The notes under the pieces: model-generated | Database searches by the model: none | What the model saw: only the letters and a program-made list of their open reading frames with translations | What the model was told of the DNA's origin: nothing | Part shown: positions 28,988-39,600 of the stretch, piece by piece | Numbering within the stretch: the first letter of the stretch is position 1 | How the letters are laid out: every line of letters starts with the position of its first letter | Program-made: the position numbers and the translations under genes | NCBI GenBank assembly: GCA_965216565.1 | Contig: OZ244170.1 | Span: forward strand, 3,872,001 to 3,936,000 | Length of the DNA: 64,000 bases | Origin: Bythopirellula sp. | GTDB taxonomy: Bacteria; Planctomycetota; Planctomycetia; Pirellulales; Lacipirellulaceae | Direction of reading: 5' to 3'

Positions 28988-29988
28988 ACTTCTTTTTCGT
29001 CGATCCAAGACATTAGCTTACGCAGTTCACGGCCGACCTGCTCAACGCCATGATCCCGCTCTCGGCGGCGAGTGGCTTTGAACCCAGGTGCGCCGGCCTT
29101 GTTTTCTAGAATCCACTGACGGGCGAATTCACCCGACTGGATTTCTTCCAGAATGCGCTTCATCTCGGCCTTGGTTTCGTCTGTGACGATACGAGGCCCG
29201 CGTGTGTAGTCGCCATACTCGGCGGTGTTAGACACACTGTACCGCATGTAGTTCAAACCACCTTGGTAGAACAAATCGACGATCAGCTTCAATTCGTGCA
29301 TACATTCAAAGTAAGCCATCTCGGGCTGATAGCCGGCTTCGACTAGCGTTTCGTAGCCAGCTTTCACAAGGGCCGAAACGCCGCCGCACAGGACGGCTTG
29401 TTCGCCGAATAGGTCGGTCTCGGTTTCTTCGGCAAAGCTGGTGTGGATGACGCCGCCCCGGGTGCCGCCGATTCCCTTCGCATAGGCGAGGCCCATTTGG
29501 AAGGTTTCGTCGCTGGCATCGTCGCTTGTGGCAATCAAACAAGGCACGCCACCGCCGGCCTCAAATTCGCTGCGAACCAAATGGCCCGGGCCTTTGGGTG
29601 CTACGAGCAAGAGGTCGACTCCCTTGGGTGGTTCGACTTGCCCGAAGTGGACGTTGAAGCCATGCGAACACATCAATACGTTACCGGGCGAAAGGTGGTC
29701 GCGGATGCTCTCACGGTAGACGTCGCCCTGCACTTCGTCGGGAAGCAGAATGTTGACCACATCGCCCTTCTTGGCAGCTTCATCCGCGGGCAAGGGTTCA
29801 AAGCCATGGCTGGTGGCCAGCTCGTAATTGGCACCGCCGGGACGCTGACCGACAACCACGTCGATGCCACTGTCGCGTAGGTTCTGCGCGTGGGCGTGAC
29901 CCTGCGAACCATAGCCAATGATGGCTACAGTTTTGCCCTTCAAGGCATTGATGTCGGCGTCTTTGTCGTAATAAATTTTGGCTGCCAT
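28984..29988 (-). CDS. ilvC: Ketol-acid reductoisomerase
   Basis: [50 protein letters not shown]. Confidence 0.99.
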
Positions 29989-30030
29989 GATTGATGAATC
30001 TCCAGAAATTGACTTGTCTTGATGTGTGGT

Positions 30031-30121
30031 GTTGAGTCGAGAGTCTAGAGACGAGAGTCAAGAGTAGAGAAGTGCTTCGCAACTGGCTTTCTCTCTAGAC
30101 TCTTGTCTCTCGACTCTCAAC
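30031..30121. repeat. Palindromic element made of 7-nt units
   Basis: GAGTCGA GAGTCTA GAGACGA GAGTCAA GAGTAGA, then inverted TAGACTC TTGTCTC TCGACTC TCAAC. Confidence 0.8.
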
Positions 30122-30127
30122 TTTTCT

Positions 30128-30664
30128 CTAATTCTTGCCGACGGGCTCCTCGGTGAAGGAGCGGACGCTACCTTCGTCGGAACTTCGACAGGCGCCACGA
30201 ACCATGGCAATCCGACCTGTCCGTACCAGCTCCGTAATGCCAAAGGGCCGCATCAGGTCGATAAAGGCTTCGACTTTTTTCTCTTGTCCAGATATTTCGA
30301 CGATGACCTGTTCCGGGGCCACATCTACCACGCGACCGCGGAAGATCCGCACGAGCTCGCGGATCTCGGTGCGTTTACCATTGGCACAGTTCACTTTGAC
30401 GAGCATGAGATCGCGCTCGACAAATTCCTGGGCACTGATGTCGTCGACCCGTACCACAGTGACAATTTTTTCCAGTTGCTTGCGGACTTGCGCCAAGACA
30501 TTGTCGTCGCCGACGACCACAAAGGTCATGCGGGAAAGATGCGGATCTTCGGTTTCGCCGACCGCCAGGCTATCGATGTTGTAGCCGCGTGAGGCAAACA
30601 TTCCGGCGACGTGCGCCAACACGCCAGGGACATTCTGCACCAAAGCAGAGAGAACATGTCGCAT
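30128..30664 (-). CDS. ilvN: Acetolactate synthase small (regulatory) subunit
   Basis: MRHVLSALVQNVPGVL, RGYNIDSLAVGETE, ERDLMLVKV, ELVRTGRIA. Confidence 0.97.
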   Translation of the reverse strand: MRHVLSALVQNVPGVLAHVAGMFASRGYNIDSLAVGETEDPHLSRMTFVVVGDDNVLAQVRKQLEKIVTVVRVDDISAQEFVERDLMLVKVNCANGKRTEIRELVRIFRGRVVDVAPEQVIVEISGQEKKVEAFIDLMRPFGITELVRTGRIAMVRGACRSSDEGSVRSFTEEPVGKN

Positions 30665-30971
30665 AATGGGGCAACTCCGGTGGCAAGGGAAACTACTGAT
30701 CATAATCTGGCTTTGTGCCCCAGGCAAGCCGCCGCAGGCTGCATTGGGGGGTGAAATAGCGTGGATTTGATGGACCATGACAAGATTCTGGGGATGCTAC
30801 CAGCCAGAGGGTCTGCAGGCGAATTCTGGCGAGCGGCATTGGTTGTTTTCCTCGATCCCCAGTGGTAGGTTGGACGGTTTTGACCCAACCCACCGGCGAC
30901 CCTAGGGGCAGTGGATTCTCTGCAGAATCTCTCAGGTCTCTACGATGGCCGGCTTTGATTGCATAAATCCG

Positions 30972-33857
30972 ATGCCTTCTACCCTCCAGGACCAATCGAG
31001 TTCGGCCAATGGCCATGCGCCGTCGGCCATCCGCATCCGCGGGGCCCGGACGCATAATCTGCAGGATATCGACCTGGAGATCCCGCACCATCAATTGGTT
31101 GTCATCACAGGACTCAGTGGGTCGGGGAAAAGTTCGCTCGCCTTCGATACGCTCTTAGCTGAGGGGCAGCGGCAGTATGTCGAGAGCCTCTCGGTTTATG
31201 CCCGGCAATTTTTCGACCAGATGCAGCGGCCCGACGTGGATGTGATCGAAGGGCTACAGCCAACGATTGCTATCGACCAGCATCTCCAAACCACCAATCC
31301 GCGCAGTACCGTCGCCACAGTGACGGAAATCTATGATTTCCTACGCGTGCTGATGGCTCGTGTAGGGGAAGTGGCTTGTCCCAATTGCGGAACGCAAATC
31401 GAACAGCAAACGCCTGTTGAAATCCAGCAGGCGATCGAGGCTCTGCCGGAGCAAACCAAAGTGATGATCCTGGCCCCCATGGTGCGGGGGCGGATGGGCA
31501 AGCACAACGACGTGTTCGAACGCATTCGCCTGGAGGGTTTCGCCCGGGTGCGCGTCGATGGCATCGCCTATGAGGTGGAGCAAACGCCCGAACTGAAAGC
31601 ACGTAAGCACCACGACATCGACGCGGTGGTCGATCGTGTGATCATTCGGCCCGGATTAGAAAACCGATTGGCGGAGTCGGTGCGGTTGGCGCTCAAGCAT
31701 GGCGAAGGAGCGCTGCGGGTGAGTTACCTGACTCCCGAGGCCAAAGCGGAATCGAATGGGGCCAGCACCAAAGAATGTACCGCTGAGAATGGCTGGCAGG
31801 AACGAGTCTTCAGCACACTCTATGCTTGTCCCGATTGCAAGGAGAGTTTGGCCGAGGTGGAACCACGCACTTTCAGCTTCAACAGCCCCTATGGGGCCTG
31901 CCGAAGTTGTGAAGGGTTGGGCGTGTGCGAAGGTTTTGATCGGTCGCTGGTTCTGCCAGACATGAGCTTATCGCTCTCCGGTGGTGCTTGGGCACCTTGG
32001 CGCGGAGCCACTGGCGCCGCCAAGAAAAAGCATCGTAAGCTGGTCGAAGACTTCATACAAACGGAGCTTGAGGCAAAACAAGTTGCTTGGGATGGGGCCT
32101 TAGATGCGTGGCCGGAGGATTCCCTGCAGAAACTTCTTGATGGCGATGGAAAGAAGTTCCCCGGTCTGATTGCTCATTTGGAAATGGACTATGCCAACGC
32201 CAAACGGGCATCAGTGCGGGAAAAGCTCGAAGAGTTTCGCTCGCAGGTGGTATGCGACGATTGCGGGGGCTCGCGATTACAAGCAGAGGCCAGATCGTGC
32301 CGGCTGGGCGGTTTGGCGATTCACGAAATCACGGCGCTGCCAATCGAAGACTCACTTGAGTTTTTCACCCATCTCGAGGTCGCACCCGTTGCAGAGCCTA
32401 TTGCCGAGCCGCTAGTAGGAGAAATTATCAAGCGCCTGAATTTTCTGCAGCAGGTGGGCGTGGAATATCTTTCGCTCGATCGGCCGGCCGATTCGCTAAG
32501 TGGCGGAGAAATGCAGCGTGTGCGTTTGGCGACTGGCATCGGCTCAGGTTTGGTGGGGGTGCTGTATATTCTTGACGAACCTTCCATCGGCCTGCATCCC
32601 CGCGACAACATGCGACTCTTGGAATCGCTGCGCGAATTGCAACAACAAGGCAACACGGTTCTTGTGGTGGAACACGACGAAGTAGTGATGCGCACCGCAG
32701 ATTGGCTCATCGATATGGGGCCAGGCGCGGGCAAGCGAGGCGGCCACATCGTCGCCGAAGGAACTCCCGACGAAGTGGCGGCCGTGGAGGAATCAATTAC
32801 CGGCAGCTATCTTTCGGGACGCATGGCTATCGAGGTGCCTGAAAAGAGACGCCGTACCGCTAAGTCGCGGATGCTTCGCCTGGAAGGTGCCTCGGTGAAC
32901 AATTTGCGTGAGATAGAAGTCCAGATTCCCCTGGGGACCTTCACCTGCGTGACTGGTGTGAGCGGCTCGGGCAAGAGTTCGCTAGTCGTCGATACCCTGG
33001 CCAACGCACTGGCGAGGAAGCTCAATGGGGCAATGCGGAAGGCAGGTCCCTATCGTGCACTGCGAGGAGCGAGCAAACTCGATCGCTTGATCCACGTCGA
33101 CCAATCGCCCATTGGCCGCACGCCGCGTTCCAATCCGGCCACGTACACGGGCATTTTTGACGAGATCCGCCGAGTGTTTGCGGGCACTAAGCATGCGAAG
33201 CAATTGGGCTACAAGTTGGGCCGATTCAGTTTCAACACCAAAGGGGGTCGGTGTGAAGAATGCCAGGGCCAAGGCGTGCAGCGAATCGAGATGCGATTCC
33301 TACCCGACCTGTTCGTGAAATGCCCGATCTGCCACGGTCGTCAATTCAATCGGCAGACGCTGGCCGTCCGTTATCGAGAGAAGTCGATTGCTGATGTCTT
33401 GGCGATGAACATCGACCAGGCCGCCGACTTTTTCGAAAACCACTCGGCAATTCATCGCATGTTGGAGAGCCTAGTGAACGTCGGCTTGGGTTATCTGAGC
33501 CTAGGCCAACGCTCGACCACGCTTTCGGGCGGTGAAGCGCAGCGGATCAAATTGGCCGCGGAACTGGGCCGTGCGGCGCCCGGACATACTCTTTACATTC
33601 TTGACGAACCAACCACAGGCCTGCATGTCGACGACATTGGTCGACTTTTAGCCGTGCTGCAACAACTGGTCGATCTAGGCAATACGGTGTTAGTGATCGA
33701 GCACAACCTGGACGTCATCAAGACAGCCGATTGGCTAATTGATATGGGACCCGAAGGGGGTGCCGCAGGTGGCCAGATCGTCGTGGCGGGTACGCCCGAA
33801 GAAGTCGCCGCTTGCGATGAGAGCCACACCGGGCAATGGCTGCGAGACGTTTTGTGA
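30972..33857 (+). CDS. uvrA: Excinuclease ABC subunit A
   Basis: Two ABC cassettes (TGLSGSGKSS and TGVSGSGKSS, LSGGE, LDEP), Zn-finger CxxC motifs, RSNPATYTG. Confidence 0.99.
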   Translation: MPSTLQDQSSSANGHAPSAIRIRGARTHNLQDIDLEIPHHQLVVITGLSGSGKSSLAFDTLLAEGQRQYVESLSVYARQFFDQMQRPDVDVIEGLQPTIAIDQHLQTTNPRSTVATVTEIYDFLRVLMARVGEVACPNCGTQIEQQTPVEIQQAIEALPEQTKVMILAPMVRGRMGKHNDVFERIRLEGFARVRVDGIAYEVEQTPELKARKHHDIDAVVDRVIIRPGLENRLAESVRLALKHGEGALRVSYLTPEAKAESNGASTKECTAENGWQERVFSTLYACPDCKESLAEVEPRTFSFNSPYGACRSCEGLGVCEGFDRSLVLPDMSLSLSGGAWAPWRGATGAAKKKHRKLVEDFIQTELEAKQVAWDGALDAWPEDSLQKLLDGDGKKFPGLIAHLEMDYANAKRASVREKLEEFRSQVVCDDCGGSRLQAEARSCRLGGLAIHEITALPIEDSLEFFTHLEVAPVAEPIAEPLVGEIIKRLNFLQQVGVEYLSLDRPADSLSGGEMQRVRLATGIGSGLVGVLYILDEPSIGLHPRDNMRLLESLRELQQQGNTVLVVEHDEVVMRTADWLIDMGPGAGKRGGHIVAEGTPDEVAAVEESITGSYLSGRMAIEVPEKRRRTAKSRMLRLEGASVNNLREIEVQIPLGTFTCVTGVSGSGKSSLVVDTLANALARKLNGAMRKAGPYRALRGASKLDRLIHVDQSPIGRTPRSNPATYTGIFDEIRRVFAGTKHAKQLGYKLGRFSFNTKGGRCEECQGQGVQRIEMRFLPDLFVKCPICHGRQFNRQTLAVRYREKSIADVLAMNIDQAADFFENHSAIHRMLESLVNVGLGYLSLGQRSTTLSGGEAQRIKLAAELGRAAPGHTLYILDEPTTGLHVDDIGRLLAVLQQLVDLGNTVLVIEHNLDVIKTADWLIDMGPEGGAAGGQIVVAGTPEEVAACDESHTGQWLRDVL

Positions 33858-34009
33858 GCGGAAGCGATTTCCGAAAAAGCGGCAGCACTCAGTAGTTTCC
33901 GAGCTCAAAGTGCGCATTTGAGGAAATTGGTTTCTTCAACGTTCTCCCTGTCGGTATCCTAAGGGGATACGTGTCGCAGGGCACATGATCGCAATTGGGG
34001 AGACAAGTT

Positions 34010-35062
34010 ATGCGAGCAAATTTGCAGCTAAGGGGTACTGAAAATTGCCCTGACGGTGTTTCGGGTCGTTCTCTGATCGAAATACTCGTAGTGATCAGCT
34101 TGATGGCTGGCATGTTATTCGGTTTTTTCTTTCCGCTCTTGAAGAAAGTGCGCGAAGAAACCCGCCGTCACCGATGTGCGCATAACTTGAAGGAGATCGG
34201 TTGGGCGGATCTCCGGCATGAAATGATGAGCGGCCATCTGGTCCCAGCGCGACTTGGGCCCGACAGTACAGCTTCCCTCGAAGTGCGACACCTCCGCACA
34301 CCTATTGAGCGATCAGGTGCGAGCGGCTTCGTGCTAATGCTCCCCTACTACCGAAAAATTCCCAGACCGACGAGAAGGGAATTAGTAGAGAAATTAGATG
34401 TGTTTGACAACAATGGAATCTGGCCTCCGGGAATCTTTGGAGTGGTGAATTGGCGGACAGCAGAGCGAATAGAAGCGATCGGTACGCGACCAAGAATCTT
34501 TGTATGCCCTGCTGCCAAAGATGAACCCAGAACGACACTCCAGCAATTCCAGCATTTTGATCCGTTACCTGCTACCGGCAACTATGCATTCGTGGCTGGT
34601 CATCGCGGGGTCTTTAGTCTGAACCCTGTCAACGCCTGTCTTGCTAAACATCACAATTCAGGACCGCACCTCTACTGGACGACCTACGCCCTCAAAGATA
34701 TCGAAGACGGAGCCAGCAATACGATCTCTGTAGGTGAGGTCTATGGCAGCCATACGGCCGAGAGCTCGAATATCTGGACATACACTCTCCGCTATTTAGA
34801 TTGTTTTCGCGTGACAGACGTAAGACTCAATACTCCTCCTGGAATTGCTGGCAAGAGAGTTGGAACAATGCCAGCCTTGGTCAATGGTGCCTTCGCTAGT
34901 CGTCATCCTAGAGGTGCCAATTTCGTCTACGTCGATGGACATGTAGAGTTCATGAATGAAACCATCGACTTTGATCTCTACCAAAATCTATCGACTATTG
35001 CTGGTACCCCCCAGGAACGTGACGCCATCGACCAAGCGTTTTGCAATGAAAATCGCTTCTAA
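34010..35062 (+). CDS. DUF1559-family protein with degenerate prepilin N-terminus
   Basis: GRSLIEILVVI..., RE..RR..C..NLK.IG, FVCP, IEDGASNT and HPRGANFVYVDG. Confidence 0.85.
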   Translation: MRANLQLRGTENCPDGVSGRSLIEILVVISLMAGMLFGFFFPLLKKVREETRRHRCAHNLKEIGWADLRHEMMSGHLVPARLGPDSTASLEVRHLRTPIERSGASGFVLMLPYYRKIPRPTRRELVEKLDVFDNNGIWPPGIFGVVNWRTAERIEAIGTRPRIFVCPAAKDEPRTTLQQFQHFDPLPATGNYAFVAGHRGVFSLNPVNACLAKHHNSGPHLYWTTYALKDIEDGASNTISVGEVYGSHTAESSNIWTYTLRYLDCFRVTDVRLNTPPGIAGKRVGTMPALVNGAFASRHPRGANFVYVDGHVEFMNETIDFDLYQNLSTIAGTPQERDAIDQAFCNENRF

Positions 35063-35123
35063 TAACTGCGGACTTGGTACAATCCCAATTCTACGACTCT
35101 AGTCACGACGAGTTGGGGTTGGC

Positions 35124-36494
35124 ATGCACAAGATGATTGGCGAAGCCCCTGGTCCGCCGGCAGGTTGGCTGGCGATGCGATCGGCGCGGGAATTCGCTCG
35201 CGATCCGCTGGAGTTCTCGCAGCGGATGGTTCAGGAATATGGGCCGTTAGTAGCACTGAGGTTTGGCCCCGTTCGGGCTTTCATTGTTGCCGACCCCGAA
35301 GCGGTGCACGATGTGCTCGTCACCAAGAGCAAGCACTATCGCAAAGAACGGCGCACCAAAAGTGCTGTGAACAAGATGGCTGGCAACGGCATCATCGCCA
35401 GTGAAGGCCCCTTCTGGCTTAGGCAACGGCGAATGATGCAGCAGGGATTCACGCCCCAACGTATGGAAGGCTATGCGAACGTAGTCGTCGACTGCGCCAA
35501 CGAAATGCTAGGGCACTGGCCTGGGGAAGGGACACTTGAAGTTGCTCGCGAGATGTCGAGCCTGTCGCTCAAATTCATCTGCCAAGCGATGTTTCAATTC
35601 GAGATCTCTGGCGTGCAGGCCTACGATTGGGCCGATGCTGCTGAGGTGCTTTCCGAATCGGTTGTACAGGAATTGGGGGCGATGATCCCGATTCCCGATT
35701 GGCTGCCAATTCCCACAAAACGCCGTAAGCAGCATGCTCGATTCGTGCTAGAAGATGCCATGCGATCGATCATCCGAGAGCGACGCCAAGCGGGAGTCGA
35801 CAAAGGCGATATGCTCTCCGCTTTGATCGCAGCCGAGGATGTGGAAGGTGACGGCACTAAGATGAACGATCAGCAAATCCTCGACGAATGTCTCACATTG
35901 TTGCATGCCGGCTACGACAGCACTGCCGCGGGGATGACCTGGTGCTGGTATTTGCTTGCCCAGCATCCAGAGATTCAACAGCAGGCTGTTGATGAAGCTC
36001 GCCAGGTTCTGCAGAACGAGCGGGCCACCTATGCTGACTTCGACCAGCTGGTTTTCATTCAGCAAGTGATCCAAGAGACGATGCGACTCTACCCGCCGGC
36101 TTGGATGTTGATGCTTCGCGAGGCGACACAAGAGACCGAGCTCATCGGATGTCGGGTGCCGCGTGGGAGTTGGATTTACTTGGTGCCTTGGGTGACGCAT
36201 CGCAGTGAACGCTGGTTCAACGATCCGTTGCGTTTCGATCCGGAACGATTTTCTAAGCAACGGCTGGGCGAATTTCCCCGGAATGCCTACTATCCGTTTG
36301 GTAAGGGTGGCCATTTTTGCATTGGTGAAAAATTGGCCATGACTGAGATGACCCTGGCCGTGGCCACCGTTTTACGAAAGTATCAGTTCTCGCTTCCTGC
36401 AGATCACTGTGAAGTCGAGATCGAACCGCATACGGCAATTCGACCCCGAGGTGGACTGCGGCTCGAGATTCGACGACGCGAAGAGGTGAGCTAG
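35124..36494 (+). CDS. Cytochrome P450
   Basis: I-helix AGYDSTA, ETMR (ExxR), DPERF, heme motif FGKGGHFCIG. Confidence 0.97.
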   Translation: MHKMIGEAPGPPAGWLAMRSAREFARDPLEFSQRMVQEYGPLVALRFGPVRAFIVADPEAVHDVLVTKSKHYRKERRTKSAVNKMAGNGIIASEGPFWLRQRRMMQQGFTPQRMEGYANVVVDCANEMLGHWPGEGTLEVAREMSSLSLKFICQAMFQFEISGVQAYDWADAAEVLSESVVQELGAMIPIPDWLPIPTKRRKQHARFVLEDAMRSIIRERRQAGVDKGDMLSALIAAEDVEGDGTKMNDQQILDECLTLLHAGYDSTAAGMTWCWYLLAQHPEIQQQAVDEARQVLQNERATYADFDQLVFIQQVIQETMRLYPPAWMLMLREATQETELIGCRVPRGSWIYLVPWVTHRSERWFNDPLRFDPERFSKQRLGEFPRNAYYPFGKGGHFCIGEKLAMTEMTLAVATVLRKYQFSLPADHCEVEIEPHTAIRPRGGLRLEIRRREEVS

Positions 36495-36519
36495 ACGAGA
36501 ACAGCGTTTACCGAGCGCA

Positions 36520-36558
36520 CAAAAATACCCGACTGGCCAACTAAGTTGACCAGCCGGG
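36520..36558 (-). terminator. Intrinsic terminator
   Basis: The - strand reads CCCGGCTGGTCAAC-TTA-GTTGGCCAGTCGGG followed by TATTTTT. Confidence 0.7.
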
Positions 36559-36627
36559 CTATGGAATCGCCCCCTACGCGCACTGTTGCTAAAATCCCGG
36601 GTGACAGTACTAGTAGTGCGAGACGGC

Positions 36628-39600
36628 TTAGGCGAACTCCGCTTCCATGGCAGCGTCGACAGAACCTTCCCAGTTGAAGTCGGAGTCTTCGTCTGAAGCA
36701 TCCTCTGGGGGATCGCCGTCGCTGATTCCTTCTTGATACTCTGACACTTCCCAACCGAAGTCGTCGAAGAATTCTTCGATTTCCTGCTCGACTACTACCG
36801 TATCGCAGGTGGTATGCACCCAATCGGCATCAAGCCAACCGTGGTAACAGGCATACCATTTCTTCAAGTATCCATCCGAATTGTACCGGGTGTACAACCG
36901 ATCGTAGGTATCGATCGAGAACGATGCCATGTTGCCAAACTGGGCACCTTCCCAATCGCCGCCCTGCAGTGGAATGTGGTCGTTCACTGTCGAAGCTACG
37001 ATGCGGAAGCTCATCGTGCGATGCCAACGGCCATTCTGGCGGTAAGTATCGACCGAGATGTCCTTCACCCACCCACTGCTATTGTCCTTAGACGTTGCAA
37101 TTCGGTCGGCGTCCGACGTGCTCGAATTGCCATCGCTATCGCGGTACGACTGGCCGTTGTAGCGGCCGTTGTAACCGTAGACAGTTAGCACAGGACCATC
37201 GTGCCGACCATAGACGTCGGCATCGAAGTAGAACATGGCGTACTTGTCTTCTTGCCCAGCAGGCCATTCGCCAGGTGTGACAACAAAGGTGAACCCGTCT
37301 GTCAATCGACCGCGGTGCTCTTTGAACTCGATCGATACGAAGAACTCATCGGCAGCCTCGTTGTATTCGAGGTCGACCGATTTGATCTTTCCGGCCTTCT
37401 TCTTCTGGTGCTTACTGTAGAAGTCTTCTACCTTGTAGACCATTTCCTCGGTCTGCACCGTCGCCAGGATACCGGCATCGATATCTCGGCGATGCTCACC
37501 ATCACCCAAGGCGAACAAATCCGTGCGACCGGTGCCAACATTGGCATCGCTGTCGCGATTGTCGTCACCTGCATCCATCGTGGTGAACTGAACACCGTCA
37601 GGTGTCTCAAATTCGACGATGTAGTTACCAGCCTGCAGGTTATAGAACAGATAGAAGCCGGCATTGCCATTCGCATCGAAGCCGGTGACTGTCGAAGCAA
37701 TCAGAATGCTATCTTCATTGAGCAAGTTGACCACCACGCCGTTCACGCCGAGGTCACCAGAGTTCTGCATGCCATTGCCATCTTTGTCGATGAAGAAGTA
37801 ATTGCCGACACTGGCAAGTACATCGACGATGGGGTCGACAGGCCAAATATCACCTTTGGCATTGCCACCGAAATTGGTGGTGAAATCGCCAGTGAAATCA
37901 GAACTTTCACTCGTGACGAGGAACTTAAGATCTTGGCCACCGTATAGATGTGACAGCAGACCGCCTGTGACCGTCGTCCGGATCATGTAGTTGTCCGTGG
38001 TGCCACCGGAATCGGTCGAGGAGAATTCGAACACTTCGCCGGTAAGCAGTACGCCGGAGAAATCGACTACAAAGTCGCCATCGACGTCGACGTCGCCCAA
38101 CAGCACAAAGTCGTCGCCACCGATTCCGGAAACGAACGAACCGGTATCATCGACGACGAAGCTCAGCAAGACATCGCCATTAAAGAAGAGACCGGCAGGA
38201 TTGACCTCAGCTCCGATCGAAAGCGGGGTGGCCTGCAGATCGAAGATGTCGGTTGTGGCATCGTAGGAAACCGTTCCCCCGGAGTTGAACGAAATGTGGG
38301 GAGCATCTTCACCGCCGCCTGGGTCGTCCGGATTCTCGTAGTGCGACATGTCCATGTCTTCCGCACCCGGTACCGTGACAACAGCGGTGTTTTTGTAGAA
38401 GTCGTCGCTGATCTTCTCAGCTGTAAACAGCCAGTCGGAGGCAGCCAAGTGATGCTGCAGCCAAGCCGGGTCGTTCTCGGGTGCGTGGTTGAGCCAGCCC
38501 CAGCCAGAAATTCCGTCGAAGCCGCGGTGGCCAGAATCGTCGTCGGTGTCACCAAGTTGGAAGGAGAACGAATGCGAACCGGCGTAATCCACGAGATCAT
38601 AACTGGCCAAATCGCCAAACAACTTGGTGATGCTACCGGTATTGAGGCCGGCCAGGGCATCGTCGACTTGCAAATCGTCGTCGCCCGCTGCCAGTGCAGC
38701 GCCGTCATAGGAGAATTCGATGTCCCAAAGTCCAGACTCGCCTGGCACGTAAGCGTTACTTTGAACGAGTCCGCCAAACACGGTGCCGGAAATCGTGATC
38801 ATGTCGCCATCGATCACCATCTGGACGTCAGCACCATCGGCTTGATCAAAACTAAACGTATGGATGTCGGTATCGTCCCATGTGGTGAGTCCATCGAGAC
38901 GCAAGCCGTACAGTGGTGGACCGGCATTGCCGTCGGGATGATTACCTAGCTGATAGGTGCCATCGGTAACGAGGTCCGACAGGCCAGTCTCCAGATCTAG
39001 AGCGACAGTCGCATACTCATACTGCCAAGTTTCGCCTGGCGACAGAATCAGGTCGCTTCCAACATCCGAAGCGGCCAGGAATACGATATCGCCGGAAGTG
39101 GTCGATACGTCGTCGCTATTGTCGCCGGGAGTACCGTTATCGTCGACAATCACCACGTCGTCGAAATCGAATGGCACGTCGCCCGTGTTAGTAACCTGGT
39201 AGGTAAACACCACGGAGTCGCCGGCATCGATTTGAACTGCCTCAGGCAACGTATCAGCATCGATTCCGTTCGTCAGCTTTTCGATATCGATGTCAGGGTT
39301 GGCAGCAATTGGGTCGATCGTGCCGACATCCCCCTTCGCATTACCCCCAAAATTAACCGAGAAATCCCCAGCAAAGTCAGAATTCTCGCTCGTGGTGGTG
39401 ATGCCCAGGTCTTTGCCCGCGTATTGGGCGGAGGTCAGTGCGTTGGTCGTGAGCAAACCACCTGTGATTTGGAATCGGTAATCGTATTGATCTGTCGTAC
39501 CGCCCGAATCCTCGGAGCCGAATTGGATGATTTCGCCGGTGAGCAAAACCCCGGACTCGTCGACCACAAAGTCACCATCGATGTCGACATCGCCGGAGAT

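Noticed and set aside
28984..30664. ilvN-ilvC without an adjacent large subunit gene
   Set aside because: Split amino-acid operons are common; the large subunit is probably elsewhere in the genome.
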